Below are positions 27,823 to 38,040 of a DNA stretch of 45,550 bases, piece after piece. Under the pieces are notes generated by a model. The model did no database searches. It worked only from the letters and a program-made list of their open reading frames with translations, and had not been told where the DNA came from. The position numbers and the translations under genes were made by a program. Every line of letters starts with the position of its first letter. Position 1 is the first letter of the stretch. The DNA is from Halocafeteria seosinensis (lineage: Eukaryota), in the NCBI GenBank assembly GCA_001687465.1, contig LVLI01000209.1:1-45550 (forward strand). Reading direction: 5' to 3'.

Positions 27823-28902
27823 TCACTCATAAACACGCTGTAATGTTATTTCATGATAATGAAGACCGGCCAATATAGACCACAACCCACATTCACCCTC
27901 TGTGCCACCGCTTAACTGAAGGACACCCCGATTTTTGAAGCATCTCGGTAGTTTGTGCTCGGCACACGCCCCACGCAAGGGTTCAAATTCACTAATATTC
28001 AGAAATAGAGCATTGACCGACATGATAACCCAATCACTGGCACTGTTTTGATGGCGTTCTAGCATATTTTCAATCCTACTAATCAATTCGGCGATCGTGT
28101 TTTCAATTTGATTGCCTTGAATGATGGCAATGGCTGTTTGACCATTTTCGGACGAGGTAAATCGACCTTCCATTTGGACATCGGGGTCGGACGCACGATA
28201 GAAAGAGGCTAATACAGCCATTTGTACCTTCAGATTCATTTCTTGGAAATGTTGCTCTAGTGTTTCCCGCATGGTGTCCCAAACAGTGTTGGAAAAGAGA
28301 ATAAAATCAGCGGTTTGCGGTTCAGTGGTTATCTTATAACTAAAGAGGAAGCGACTCATTTGGGAGACATTTACTATTTCGGGTTGCAGATGTTGCTCAT
28401 CAGTAGCCACAGGGGCTTGTCCTCTGTTTCCCTGATTTTGAAGCGAAATTTGAACAATCTCTTGCCGAAGTTGGAAATTGCGTCGGTTCAGTTTCCCCAC
28501 GGCAAATCCTTGTTCTCGCAACTCACGCAATTGGTTTTGGAGTTGTTGCCGGTTCATGTTTTCAATATTGATGTTATTGCGGTTCATTTGGCGGAAGGTT
28601 GGGTAATTTTGGATCATGGATTGCTTGATATCTTTGATTTTGCGATTTGCTGGATTCGATAGCCCGTGGAGCAGAAATTGACGGTGCTTTTGACGGATTT
28701 GGTTGTTGGTGGCGGTCTTCAAGAACTTTCGTTCATCAAATTGAAGCCGTTTAAATGTCGGTTCAACGCTTTGGATGGTTTGTTGAAGTTGTTGCCTAGT
28801 AAATTTGTTGAGCGGACGACTGATCAATCCCATTTGACGAAGTGGTTTGGCCTCCGCTTGTAACTCTTTCAATTTCTGTCGGTTGGTTTTGTTAGCGGAC
28901 AT
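27823..28902 (-). pseudogene. polB: Truncated pPolB (N-terminal ~352 aa only)
   Basis: Near-identical to copy A polB up to GLHYHEI (27847), then unrelated sequence and a stop. Confidence 0.92.
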
Positions 28903-29012
28903 ATATATGATCGGGTTAAGTTAGTTTCAATCATTTTTCTTCTTTGTTTTTACCCAACTCTCTTTTTACCTATCGCTTAAAAATGATTGGATATGAATTA
29001 TAGCAATACGCT

Positions 29013-29354
29013 ATGAATCTTGAATCCGCAAGTTCAGGCAACAATGATGTGTTATTTGCTTTGATGGTTGATGATGATAACCAAGTCTGTTTTTTTACAG
29101 TTAAAGTGGATGGTGAATTATTTCATTCTCTTTTTTATCAACCGATTATAAATGGAAGTGATGAGGATGAGCCAGTTTTTCACGTTGATAATGATATAGA
29201 AGAGGTTTTGAATGGGGACAAGGACGAACTTGAATATAGTCACAACCACTTTGCCAATGAAGTTTTTCAACAATTGAGCAATAGAATATATGCCAAAGCG
29301 AGTGAATATCGTCAAGCCAAAAGCCAAAGCACAGCGAACAGTGGTCACCATTAA
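29013..29354 (+). CDS. Acidic hypothetical protein (113 aa), copy B-specific
   Basis: Occupies the slot of the copy A HNH 21116-21727; AAAAATGA 26 nt upstream. Confidence 0.65.
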   Translation: MNLESASSGNNDVLFALMVDDDNQVCFFTVKVDGELFHSLFYQPIINGSDEDEPVFHVDNDIEEVLNGDKDELEYSHNHFANEVFQQLSNRIYAKASEYRQAKSQSTANSGHH

Positions 29355-29454
29355 TGGTGGGTTGAAATCTTTCAGTCGCCAGTTCAAGAACCTTCCGAAG
29401 ACCAGAGGCGTGGGCACGGCGGACAGATCACCCATTCTTCGGCAACGGCCATAA
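29290..29454 (+). CDS. Small basic protein (54 aa)
   Basis: Homolog of 20939-21094; AATATATG start; overlaps the upstream ORF by 65 nt in another frame. Confidence 0.8.
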   Translation: MPKRVNIVKPKAKAQRTVVTINGGLKSFSRQFKNLPKTRGVGTADRSPILRQRP

Positions 29455-29511
29455 ACCAATATGATGATTGACTTTGAATCTTCCGTCAAAGATTCAGACG
29501 GATAATATACT

Positions 29512-31503
29512 ATGTCACACAAGATGTTCGTTGAGACCGATAGGGGTATTCAGTCGAGGCTAAAATTACGCAAAGGGATCGGTGCGACCGGTGGTTCGAA
29601 CATTGATCTCAAAACTGCTTCTTCCGGCTTTAGTTTTGATAACAGCGATCAGTTGGAAAATAAGTGGGATGAAGTCACAGCATCGAGCAATATTGACGCT
29701 GGATCAAACCGCATCATTAACGTAGCAACCCCGACAAGTTCATCCGACGCAACCACCAAATCTTATATTGATACACAGGTTTCCGTGCCACAACTTCGCC
29801 AAGGAGGCCGAGCCTATTACAGTTTTGATGGAACGGATTCCTATGCCGATTCCATCGGGACACATGATGGGACAAATAATGGAACATCTGTGGTATCGGG
29901 GAAAATTGGCCAAGCCATTGCTTTCACGGCGTCGGATCATGTGGATATCGGTGATGCTTTGTCGTTTGGCTCAGGTGATTTGACTATTTCCTGTTGGTTC
30001 TTTGCAACCACTAATTCACCCACAGATCAGTTCCTTTACACATCGGCAAAGGATTCTAATGGGGATAAGTTTGAATTAAAATTTCAAACCGATAAACTCG
30101 TAATAGGTACAAGAACAAATGGAAACCAAGCAGCATCTAATAAATCTTCAGCCTTATCCCTTAACACGTACCATCATGTGCTTTTGACAAGAACAGGGTC
30201 GGATTGGAAACTTTATATTGACGGCAGTCTGGATATAGACGCCTCATTAAGCGGAAGTAACGTCTCATCCGGCTCGGATACAAGTTCGTTGGGACGTAAC
30301 TTGGGAGATTCCATAGCAAGCAGTGGGGAACTGGATGAAGTTGGCATTTGGGATCGAGTCTTGACCCAAGATGAAATTGATTTCCTGTATAACAACGGCA
30401 ATGGAACTAACAACTGGCAAGACACTTACCTAGCCACCAAGGGCGAAGTCACACAATTACGGCAATATACCAACACATTGGCGGGACTTCCCCAACTTCG
30501 TCGGTCAGCAAGAGCCTATTACAGTTTTGAAGGTAATTATAAAGACTCCATTGGAACATATGATGGTTCAGTCAATGGAGGAAGTTTTGCTAGCGGAAAA
30601 TTAGGTCAGGGTTGGAGCAATGATGGATCAAATAATGAAATAAAAATCGGGAAAGCATTATCATTGGGATCGGGTGACTTTAGTGTTGGATTCTGGGTGA
30701 ATTTTAACAATTTAAGTCGCCAATTTATTTTTTCAGCGTCTGAAACAAGTGGTAGTAATCGAATGACATTTGAATTAAACACATCACCGTTGCGATTAAA
30801 ACTATTTTCGGAAGATAATAACAACAGTACCATCTATGATCAAAATGTAAATATTTCAACAAATACTTGGTATCACGTTGTACTCACACGAACTGGAACA
30901 ACGGCTGAAATTTATTTGGATGGTTCTTTACTAGGAACAGGTTCGGCTCAGAGCGGTGATATTGGAAACCGTAATACAACAACAATCAGCACAGATTCTA
31001 TTGGAAATCCCGATCCATTGGACGGAACAATTGATGAATTTGGCGTCTGGTCTCGTGTTTTGTCCTCTGATGAAATTACCTATCTGTATAACAGTGGCAA
31101 TGGAACAAATGACTTTCAATCCTTTGATTGGTATAGCCGTCCGGCTCAAAGCAATGTCAATATGAATGGCAATCGGTTACTGAATACCGAGGTTATTGAA
31201 ACCGTTGCCGAAACGATTGCGGATGATTCTGTTCATAACATTTCACTCAATACCAACGCCGGACGCCTTACAGTGAATGATAACAATGGCAATTTGATAG
31301 AACTGTTGATGGATATCGCCAACGGTAACAGTCAGAAACTTGGCGAAATTGGCACAATCTATGAGATCGCCACTGGGACGGCTTCCGGCACAACTGGAAC
31401 AGATGGCAAAATAAGCATTTTCCTTGATTCATCCAATAACCGAGTACAAATTGAGAACAGGGCTGGTGGAAGCCGAACGGTTCGGTATCTTGGTATAGAT
31501 TGA
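29512..31503 (+). CDS. Fiber/spike protein with two LamG/concanavalin A-like domains
   Basis: Two repeats of AYYSF.G...DSIG..GK.GQ...HV.LTR...Y.DG.L...DE.G.W.RVL..DEI..LYN; N-terminus shared with 19443-20885. Confidence 0.88.
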   Translation: MSHKMFVETDRGIQSRLKLRKGIGATGGSNIDLKTASSGFSFDNSDQLENKWDEVTASSNIDAGSNRIINVATPTSSSDATTKSYIDTQVSVPQLRQGGRAYYSFDGTDSYADSIGTHDGTNNGTSVVSGKIGQAIAFTASDHVDIGDALSFGSGDLTISCWFFATTNSPTDQFLYTSAKDSNGDKFELKFQTDKLVIGTRTNGNQAASNKSSALSLNTYHHVLLTRTGSDWKLYIDGSLDIDASLSGSNVSSGSDTSSLGRNLGDSIASSGELDEVGIWDRVLTQDEIDFLYNNGNGTNNWQDTYLATKGEVTQLRQYTNTLAGLPQLRRSARAYYSFEGNYKDSIGTYDGSVNGGSFASGKLGQGWSNDGSNNEIKIGKALSLGSGDFSVGFWVNFNNLSRQFIFSASETSGSNRMTFELNTSPLRLKLFSEDNNNSTIYDQNVNISTNTWYHVVLTRTGTTAEIYLDGSLLGTGSAQSGDIGNRNTTTISTDSIGNPDPLDGTIDEFGVWSRVLSSDEITYLYNSGNGTNDFQSFDWYSRPAQSNVNMNGNRLLNTEVIETVAETIADDSVHNISLNTNAGRLTVNDNNGNLIELLMDIANGNSQKLGEIGTIYEIATGTASGTTGTDGKISIFLDSSNNRVQIENRAGGSRTVRYLGID

Positions 31504-31550
31504 AGAGATTCCACTCTGGATGCCAGACTGGAAATTTCGCTATGTTATAT

Positions 31551-32852
31551 ATGGCACATGCAGGCGAATATTTTGCTCCTGTTCAACCCAAAGGGAATAT
31601 TGTTCAAGAAGATCATATGGCGGTGGATTCGCATGATCAATGGAGTTACCACAGTGCATTTGAAAACGTGGATTTTGCCGGTTTCTTAGCCAAGAACGTA
31701 AGCGATCCGACCGCTGGACAAGACATGGTTACAAAGTCCTACATGGATAGCAATTTTACCACATCTTCCACGGTCACCGCCGACTATCTCGATCGGAGTG
31801 GCTCGGATAAAATGAAGTCCGATTTAAACCTAGATAGCCACAAGATAATCAATGCAGCCAATCCAACCAATCCCAATGATCTAGTGACTCAACAGCATTT
31901 AAACTTAGGCTACTTGACCGAATCCAATGCCAACAGTCGCTATGTTTTTCAGGACGGATCATCCGGAATGTCTGGTTCTTTGGACATGGACTCAAACCGA
32001 ATCATCAACGTACAAGATTCAACGACTTCCGACCATGGTCTGACATTGAACCATTTACAAAACAACTATCAGAACAAATCAACAATGGACAGTACCTTCG
32101 TGGATCGGTCGGGTGATACTATGACGAATAATCTGGACATGGCCGACCGATCGGGACAATTGAATTTGTTACATCGAATTGAAAATGTAACCATTGATTC
32201 AGGCAGTGGGTCAGCCATTCCTCGGTCTTTTTTGGACAATAACTATGACAAAAAAAGCACGGTGGATTCCAATACATTGGATTTGGCTGGGACAAATACT
32301 CTCACAGGATCAATGGATTGTGGGAACAACCGGATTATCAATGTCAATAATCCATCCAATAGCAAGGATCTGGTGAATGAACAATTTTTGCAGAATAACA
32401 AGCCGGTGGGGGAGAAAGAAGTTCATGAAGCGACGGACACACAGTCCTTTACTTTGAATCAAAATGGCTCATTTACCCACGATTTCACGGTGGATAACCT
32501 TACTGACACCAACTACTTTGTCGCTATTGAACTCATGTTTTGGGGGGATTGGACAAATAGTGGAACGGGCATTTTGCTTGAACATTTAATGGACGATGGT
32601 GGTTTTACTACCGACAGCGATCCGGCATGGGCGGAGCAACAGATTAACGGGGATGTTTCACGGTTTAGTCTGAATAGTGCGACTGTCGGGAATGAAAATG
32701 ACAAAACATCTTTTTACCGATTTTGGAAAACGACAACCAGCACGACGTCTATTAAGTTTTCTAGTGGAGTATTCGATTCTGGTGTTTTAGGGTCTTCTGT
32801 TACTGTCCACAGCAAAATTAAAGTTAAGTTGATGAAAGCGAATTTAGTCTGA
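31551..32852 (+). CDS. Fiber-like repeat protein 2 (copy B)
   Basis: Ortholog of 18116-19393 with an 8-aa insertion. Confidence 0.75.
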   Translation: MAHAGEYFAPVQPKGNIVQEDHMAVDSHDQWSYHSAFENVDFAGFLAKNVSDPTAGQDMVTKSYMDSNFTTSSTVTADYLDRSGSDKMKSDLNLDSHKIINAANPTNPNDLVTQQHLNLGYLTESNANSRYVFQDGSSGMSGSLDMDSNRIINVQDSTTSDHGLTLNHLQNNYQNKSTMDSTFVDRSGDTMTNNLDMADRSGQLNLLHRIENVTIDSGSGSAIPRSFLDNNYDKKSTVDSNTLDLAGTNTLTGSMDCGNNRIINVNNPSNSKDLVNEQFLQNNKPVGEKEVHEATDTQSFTLNQNGSFTHDFTVDNLTDTNYFVAIELMFWGDWTNSGTGILLEHLMDDGGFTTDSDPAWAEQQINGDVSRFSLNSATVGNENDKTSFYRFWKTTTSTTSIKFSSGVFDSGVLGSSVTVHSKIKVKLMKANLV

Positions 32853-32879
32853 GAAGAGAATTCCCTCAAATGATATAGC

Positions 32880-34175
32880 ATGTCATATTTTTCAGCATGG
32901 AGAGCAACCGATCGTGGTGAAGGTGGTGAGCGTGGTTACGTGGTGGCCGAGGATCACACCAATATAGACCCCCATACACATTGGAGCGAACACAAGGCCT
33001 TACAAGATGTCGATTTCGGCAACAATAAAGCGACCAATTTGGCAGACCCAAGTAACTCACAGGATGCAACCACTTTGAATTACACAAACAACAACTTTAC
33101 CCCGACAAGCACCTTGAATAGTACCTATCTTCGCACGGATGGAAGCAACAAAATGACCGGACAGTTAGACCTTGACTCGAATAAAGCCATTAACGTGGCC
33201 AACCCAACCGCCAGTTCAGATGGCGTCAATTTGACTTATCTCCAAAGCAACTACGCCACCGAAAATACCAACGATTCCCGCTATCTGCATCAAGACGGAT
33301 CAAAAAGTATGTCTGGAAACCTTGATTTGAACAGCAATCGCATCATAAATTTATCTGACCCGACACAGACCGATAATGCTGTCAATTTGAATTATCTTGG
33401 AACAAACTATTACGATCAGTCCACTGCCAATAGCAATTTCCTGCAAACCGATGGAAGTAATTCAATGTTAGGAGCACTTAACATGGACAACAATAAAATC
33501 ATAGGGGTTTCCGATCCCAATTCAGCCGATGATGCGGTCACCCGCAATTACTTATCCAGTAACTATTATGATCAGACAGAATTGGGGGCTAATTTCGTTG
33601 CGACAGACGGCAGTTCCACCATGACTGGCTCACTTGACGTGGGAGACAACAAAGTCATGTCCGTAAATGATCCGACCTCATCCAAAGATGGCGTCAATCT
33701 CCAATTCTTCAATGCCAATCAATCAAGCAATGGCGTGGTCAATGTCAGACGCGAAGTGGATGTCCAAAGTCAAACCCTCAACCAAGGGGGTTCTTTCTTT
33801 CACACTATGTCGGTGACAGGATTAACCGATCGCAAGTATCTGTGTCACATCCAACTTTTGGTTTGGAGCGATTACACCAACACCGGCGGGAGTATATTCA
33901 TGGGACATAGAGTGTCAGACGACGGGAATACCAATGATTTTGATCCTGCAAGTGAAGCCCAAAATAACAACAGCGATGCATCAAGAGTCGATCCCACCAC
34001 CCATGTCATCGGCACGGAGAATGACCACACGACGTATTATTCTTTTACAACCATGACCAATACCACGACATCCATTGACTTTCGCACGGAGGTGAATGAC
34101 AGCGGGAATCTCTCGTCAAGCAAGACGGTGCACAGTAAAATTGAAGCGTTTATCATCCCCGCCACCGTTATGTAA
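32880..34175 (+). CDS. Fiber-like repeat protein 1 (copy B)
   Basis: Ortholog of 16195-17490, same length. Confidence 0.75.
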   Translation: MSYFSAWRATDRGEGGERGYVVAEDHTNIDPHTHWSEHKALQDVDFGNNKATNLADPSNSQDATTLNYTNNNFTPTSTLNSTYLRTDGSNKMTGQLDLDSNKAINVANPTASSDGVNLTYLQSNYATENTNDSRYLHQDGSKSMSGNLDLNSNRIINLSDPTQTDNAVNLNYLGTNYYDQSTANSNFLQTDGSNSMLGALNMDNNKIIGVSDPNSADDAVTRNYLSSNYYDQTELGANFVATDGSSTMTGSLDVGDNKVMSVNDPTSSKDGVNLQFFNANQSSNGVVNVRREVDVQSQTLNQGGSFFHTMSVTGLTDRKYLCHIQLLVWSDYTNTGGSIFMGHRVSDDGNTNDFDPASEAQNNNSDASRVDPTTHVIGTENDHTTYYSFTTMTNTTTSIDFRTEVNDSGNLSSSKTVHSKIEAFIIPATVM

Positions 34176-34178
34176 AGC

Positions 34179-35027
34179 CTAACGACGAAAGCATAGAATA
34201 CACTGGGTTTGTCCGGACGTTTCTAAACAACCATCACAAATGACATGTTCATTGCTATTATTGGGACAGATTCGGCGACGAGGATAATATTCGGTTTCCC
34301 AGCACACAATGCATGGTTCATGGGACATATCCAATTGATGAACGTCGAAAATTAAGTGACCGTGTTCATGAACACAATAACCGGTTGGAATTTGGTCAGG
34401 CGACATTGCACTCCATATAGCGACTTCCCTTAAGTACGGTTGCCATCTTGGATACAAATGGTATATGGTCACAAATATGTTGGGATTATACCAATCAAAA
34501 AATCTAGGATAACAAAGAAGATGGCACGGACATCCCATTTCAAGATTAGCGGGAATGTCGTCTGGAGATACTTGCATCCGACTCAATAAGGCAATGTAAA
34601 AACAGATGGGAAAATCTAACCATGTATCAGGTTGCCAAAGTTGAATGACTTGAATGGTTTGCTCGGCTGTTAAAGCAATGGGTAATTTCATGATGATGAT
34701 CCCCTGCAGTGTATCATCCGATAAGAGGCGATTGGGTTGATGGGGAGGGCAGTTGTCCTTGGCATATTGTAGTATATCGGGATTGCCATAATAGAACGCA
34801 GAGAGGACAGCCAAAAAACGCAATTCGCAACTATATTGGAATAAATAGCCTCTGTTATAGTAAATATATCGGGTCATGGCACAGAATCGTTTTTCATCAC
34901 GTAAGTCACGCACATCATTGACATTATTACCGTAGTCGTGACATAGGAACAGTAATTCCAGATCGCTGTAGGACTTTAATTTGCGACAATCCGGTATGTT
35001 TTTATTGGCAATAAGGGTTATTGGCAT
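34179..35027 (-). CDS. RING-finger protein (copy B, divergent)
   Basis: CIVC...C....H..CDGC...CILC; shares PDCR.LK.YSD with the A homolog. Confidence 0.75.
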   Translation of the reverse strand: MPITLIANKNIPDCRKLKSYSDLELLFLCHDYGNNVNDVRDLRDEKRFCAMTRYIYYNRGYLFQYSCELRFLAVLSAFYYGNPDILQYAKDNCPPHQPNRLLSDDTLQGIIIMKLPIALTAEQTIQVIQLWQPDTWLDFPICFYIALLSRMQVSPDDIPANLEMGCPCHLLCYPRFFDWYNPNIFVTIYHLYPRWQPYLREVAIWSAMSPDQIPTGYCVHEHGHLIFDVHQLDMSHEPCIVCWETEYYPRRRICPNNSNEHVICDGCLETSGQTQCILCFRR

Positions 35028-35071
35028 TATGACTATCTAGAACGAATTATTTTTAAGGTGGTTGTTTTTAC

Positions 35072-35745
35072 AAAAAGCCTAGAGACAAAAACCGATTAGA
35101 AAAATGATTGCCGACTTGAACGAATAATCAGATATGTCCAATTACAGCAATACGGTGGTCTATATGATTCGTTGTATTGATGAATCTATACCAGATATCT
35201 ATATTGGATCAACCACAAATTTTAAACAGCGGAAGCAAAATCACAAATCCAAATGTCACAACCCCAATGTCAATGCATACAATTGTTATCTGTACCGGTT
35301 CATGCGGGAACATGGTGGGTGGAATAACTGGACAATGGAGATTATAGATCATACACCCTGTGACAATGCTCACCACAAGGGTTGTATTGAGCAACACTAC
35401 TTGGAATGTTATCGGGACGAAGCGACATTGAATACAAAAAAGTGTCCCGTTTTTGAGGACAATAAAGAAACTATGAAACAATGGCGTCATACCCATCGAA
35501 ACTATAAATTAAGAAAACAAAAAGAATGGTATCAAACACACAAGGATTATTATCTAAGAAGATTAGCCGAACGCATTATTTGCGAGTTGTGTGGCACGGA
35601 AATAAGACGAGGTGAAAAAAACCCTCACCAAAAAACCGCTAAGTGCCGTCGCAACCGATCATGAAACCCACCCTGCAAAAATAGTTGAACACTTTGAATG
35701 ATCATTTTTTAGTTTATGGTTTTCGAAAAAGCCTAGAGACAAAAA
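35072..35745 (+). mobile_element. GIY-YIG cassette bounded by 20-bp direct repeat
   Basis: AAAAAGCCTAGAGACAAAAA at 35072-35091 and 35726-35745; single copy at the empty site in A (~15289-15308). Confidence 0.75.
35134..35664 (+). CDS. GIY-YIG endonuclease
   Basis: VVYMI...YIGSTTNFKQRKQNH...LYRFMREHGGW; related to 6972-7760. Confidence 0.85.
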   Translation: MSNYSNTVVYMIRCIDESIPDIYIGSTTNFKQRKQNHKSKCHNPNVNAYNCYLYRFMREHGGWNNWTMEIIDHTPCDNAHHKGCIEQHYLECYRDEATLNTKKCPVFEDNKETMKQWRHTHRNYKLRKQKEWYQTHKDYYLRRLAERIICELCGTEIRRGEKNPHQKTAKCRRNRS

Positions 35746-35771
35746 AATGATTGGAGGTATAGGAGGTAATC

Positions 35772-36236
35772 ATGTCCAACCAACAGAACAAAAAGGTCAG
35801 CAAAACCACCGATCGAGATATCTTCAATCACACATTCAACTTCGGCAAGTATAAGAATGAAACGATTGGCCACATTTGTAAGACCAAACCCGCCTATGTA
35901 TGGGAGATCCTTTGCCAAAATAAGGATGAAGATTTTGGGAATTCGCTATTTTATAAGGAACTGCAAATGGTCTTTGGCAAAGCCGATCAACGTTTGCCAT
36001 TCGGGTTGTACGAGGGGAAATCTATGAGGAAGGTCATGCAAAAAGCCCCCGACTATCTGCGGTGGTTGAAACGCCAACTTGAAGACAGTGAAGCGGAAAA
36101 GAATGGTTGGTTGTGTGCCAAACTTCGCTACCTTTTCAATGAGTTATCCTTCCATGAATTAACCTCCTATCCCGACCCCAGTGAAATTAGCGACTCGGAT
36201 GAGGATAGCATAGACATAGCGGATGACGATGAATAG
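35772..36236 (+). CDS. Double FGKYKG-type domain protein (copy B)
   Basis: Ortholog of 14793-15263. Confidence 0.75.
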   Translation: MSNQQNKKVSKTTDRDIFNHTFNFGKYKNETIGHICKTKPAYVWEILCQNKDEDFGNSLFYKELQMVFGKADQRLPFGLYEGKSMRKVMQKAPDYLRWLKRQLEDSEAEKNGWLCAKLRYLFNELSFHELTSYPDPSEISDSDEDSIDIADDDE

Positions 36237-36274
36237 ATGAAAAAAAAATGAATGGACTTTGTATCATTCATTCT

Positions 36275-36538
36275 ATGACCGATCCGTACGGTAACATAAT
36301 TTACAAGGAAAGTACCGTCACTTCAGGCGAGTCGGGTCAAGAAATAGTCAATTGTGACCGCTGTGGAGCGACAATCAAGCGAAGGAGTTATTATTCCCAC
36401 ATCCAAACCCTCAAATGCCGATGTGCCGACGAGATTCAAAAGACCCAAGTTCCTTGTAAGTTGTGTGGCACATTGGTGGGCAAAGCCAGTATTTACAGTC
36501 ACCGTTTGACGAAAAAATGCCTGAATAACCGACTATAA
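36275..36538 (+). CDS. Small Zn-finger protein (copy B)
   Basis: Ortholog of 13937-14197; alternative start 36248. Confidence 0.75.
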   Translation: MTDPYGNIIYKESTVTSGESGQEIVNCDRCGATIKRRSYYSHIQTLKCRCADEIQKTQVPCKLCGTLVGKASIYSHRLTKKCLNNRL

Positions 36539-36581
36539 AACCCACTCCATAAAAATGATGGAACACTTTGACATAACCACC

Positions 36582-36971
36582 ATGTCATCCATTCCATGTG
36601 ATCAAATAGAATCGTCCAATTTTTTCCATTTGGATGGAGACGGACGAACAAAATACATACTCATTCACCTCTATAGAGCACTTAAACATGTTTTTATTGC
36701 TGATGCGGACAAAAAGAGTGAATTATTTGATCATTACCGTCATTTTCTGTTACATGAATCTGAAAATGGTGATATGAGTATGGACATGTTAAAAACGGAT
36801 GCGGACATCAAGTGGGCGGTTCGAGAATATGGTTTAGACTCGTTACAGACAATCTGGGCATGTATTCCAAATGATACAATAAAAATTGCCTATGTTTGCC
36901 ATCCAGACAAACAAATTATTGCCATGAAACAATATGACAGTCAAGCCAGATGGATGGCCGATCAATTATAA
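36582..36971 (+). CDS. Hypothetical protein, distant homolog of 13510-13881
   Basis: Starts MSSI like A; shared D.Y..F.L, TD..I....Y.L and W..[VI]PN...IA patterns. Confidence 0.7.
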   Translation: MSSIPCDQIESSNFFHLDGDGRTKYILIHLYRALKHVFIADADKKSELFDHYRHFLLHESENGDMSMDMLKTDADIKWAVREYGLDSLQTIWACIPNDTIKIAYVCHPDKQIIAMKQYDSQARWMADQL

Positions 36972-36993
36972 GAAAATTCTTTCACTTTGGTAT

Positions 36994-37236
36994 ATGCTCG
37001 AACCATGGACAATCGCAGTGATTGTAGTTGGAAGTGTCGGATCTATTTCTATTGCACCCGCTCTCTACAAGTTGTTTGGTCGCACGGATGATATGACCTC
37101 CAACTGCAACTGCAAGGAAGGAACAATGAACATCAAAACCCATCGAAATAGTCAGCCGGAGGAAAATGAAAAAAGGGATCAAGAATCGCAAACCGAGGAT
37201 ACCGACGAAGAGAAGGCGGAAGTATCCGAGGAATGA
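36994..37236 (+). CDS. Small single-pass membrane protein (copy B)
   Basis: Ortholog of 13239-13484. Confidence 0.7.
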   Translation: MLEPWTIAVIVVGSVGSISIAPALYKLFGRTDDMTSNCNCKEGTMNIKTHRNSQPEENEKRDQESQTEDTDEEKAEVSEE

Positions 37237-37249
37237 GTCACATGGTATA

Positions 37250-37981
37250 ATGTCATTCTTGGGCAAAATAGTGAAAAAGACAGGCAAGACTTTGTTGAAC
37301 GGAATCAAAAACACGGCCGAAGCACAAACGCTCGGTACAATCGGGAAGAAGTCCATCCAAACGTTTGAAAAAGCCACTGGGGCAGACGAAGTGCCAGAAC
37401 TTACCCAATCGGAAAAAGTTGGTTTTGTCATGCAGAACCAGTCGTACCGACCCAAAAGCGAACGGAGAGCCAATGTGTTCGGTTACCAATATCTTCAAAA
37501 TCTATCAACGGACGATATAGCGGTGTATTTACAAGATGGCGTTCTGTGGATCGCCATCCGTGGCACATCCAATATTAGTGATGTCGGGGCAGATTTAGAG
37601 TTGATAAGTCATACCAATCAAAATAGCAGGGTTAAAAAGAATTTGCCGACTATCAAAAAAGCGATCCAGCAAACCAATCCGAACCGAATTAATGTCATTG
37701 GGCATAGTTTAGGAGGTTTTGTGGCTCTGATGGCAGGTAAGCAAATTCAGCAGATTGACCGAATCCATTTAATCAATCCTGCTATTAATTTGGCGAATAT
37801 TGGGCAGTCTTTTACCGATTCAGAATTGCGGAACAAAACAGTTATCTGGCGTCGGCGACTTGATCCTGTGTCACTTGGTAACGCTTTTAGCCGTTTCAAA
37901 ACCAAGACATTACCACTGAATAGCGACAATTTAGTCGCCAACCATACTCTATCTACCTTTCTAGAAATTTTGGAACAGTAA
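37250..37981 (+). CDS. Lipase class 3-like hydrolase (copy B)
   Basis: GHSLGG; ortholog of 12494-13225; start refined to MSFLGK. Confidence 0.9.
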   Translation: MSFLGKIVKKTGKTLLNGIKNTAEAQTLGTIGKKSIQTFEKATGADEVPELTQSEKVGFVMQNQSYRPKSERRANVFGYQYLQNLSTDDIAVYLQDGVLWIAIRGTSNISDVGADLELISHTNQNSRVKKNLPTIKKAIQQTNPNRINVIGHSLGGFVALMAGKQIQQIDRIHLINPAINLANIGQSFTDSELRNKTVIWRRRLDPVSLGNAFSRFKTKTLPLNSDNLVANHTLSTFLEILEQ

Positions 37982-38040
37982 TTGAAACGTTACGTGTATC
38001 CATACGATAGACGTATCAACATTTTACGAGACCATATACG

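Noticed and set aside
35701..35710. Minus-strand AAAAATGA without a downstream gene (also 2581-2588)
   Set aside because: No credible ORF at the expected spacing; treated as background or a relic and not counted.
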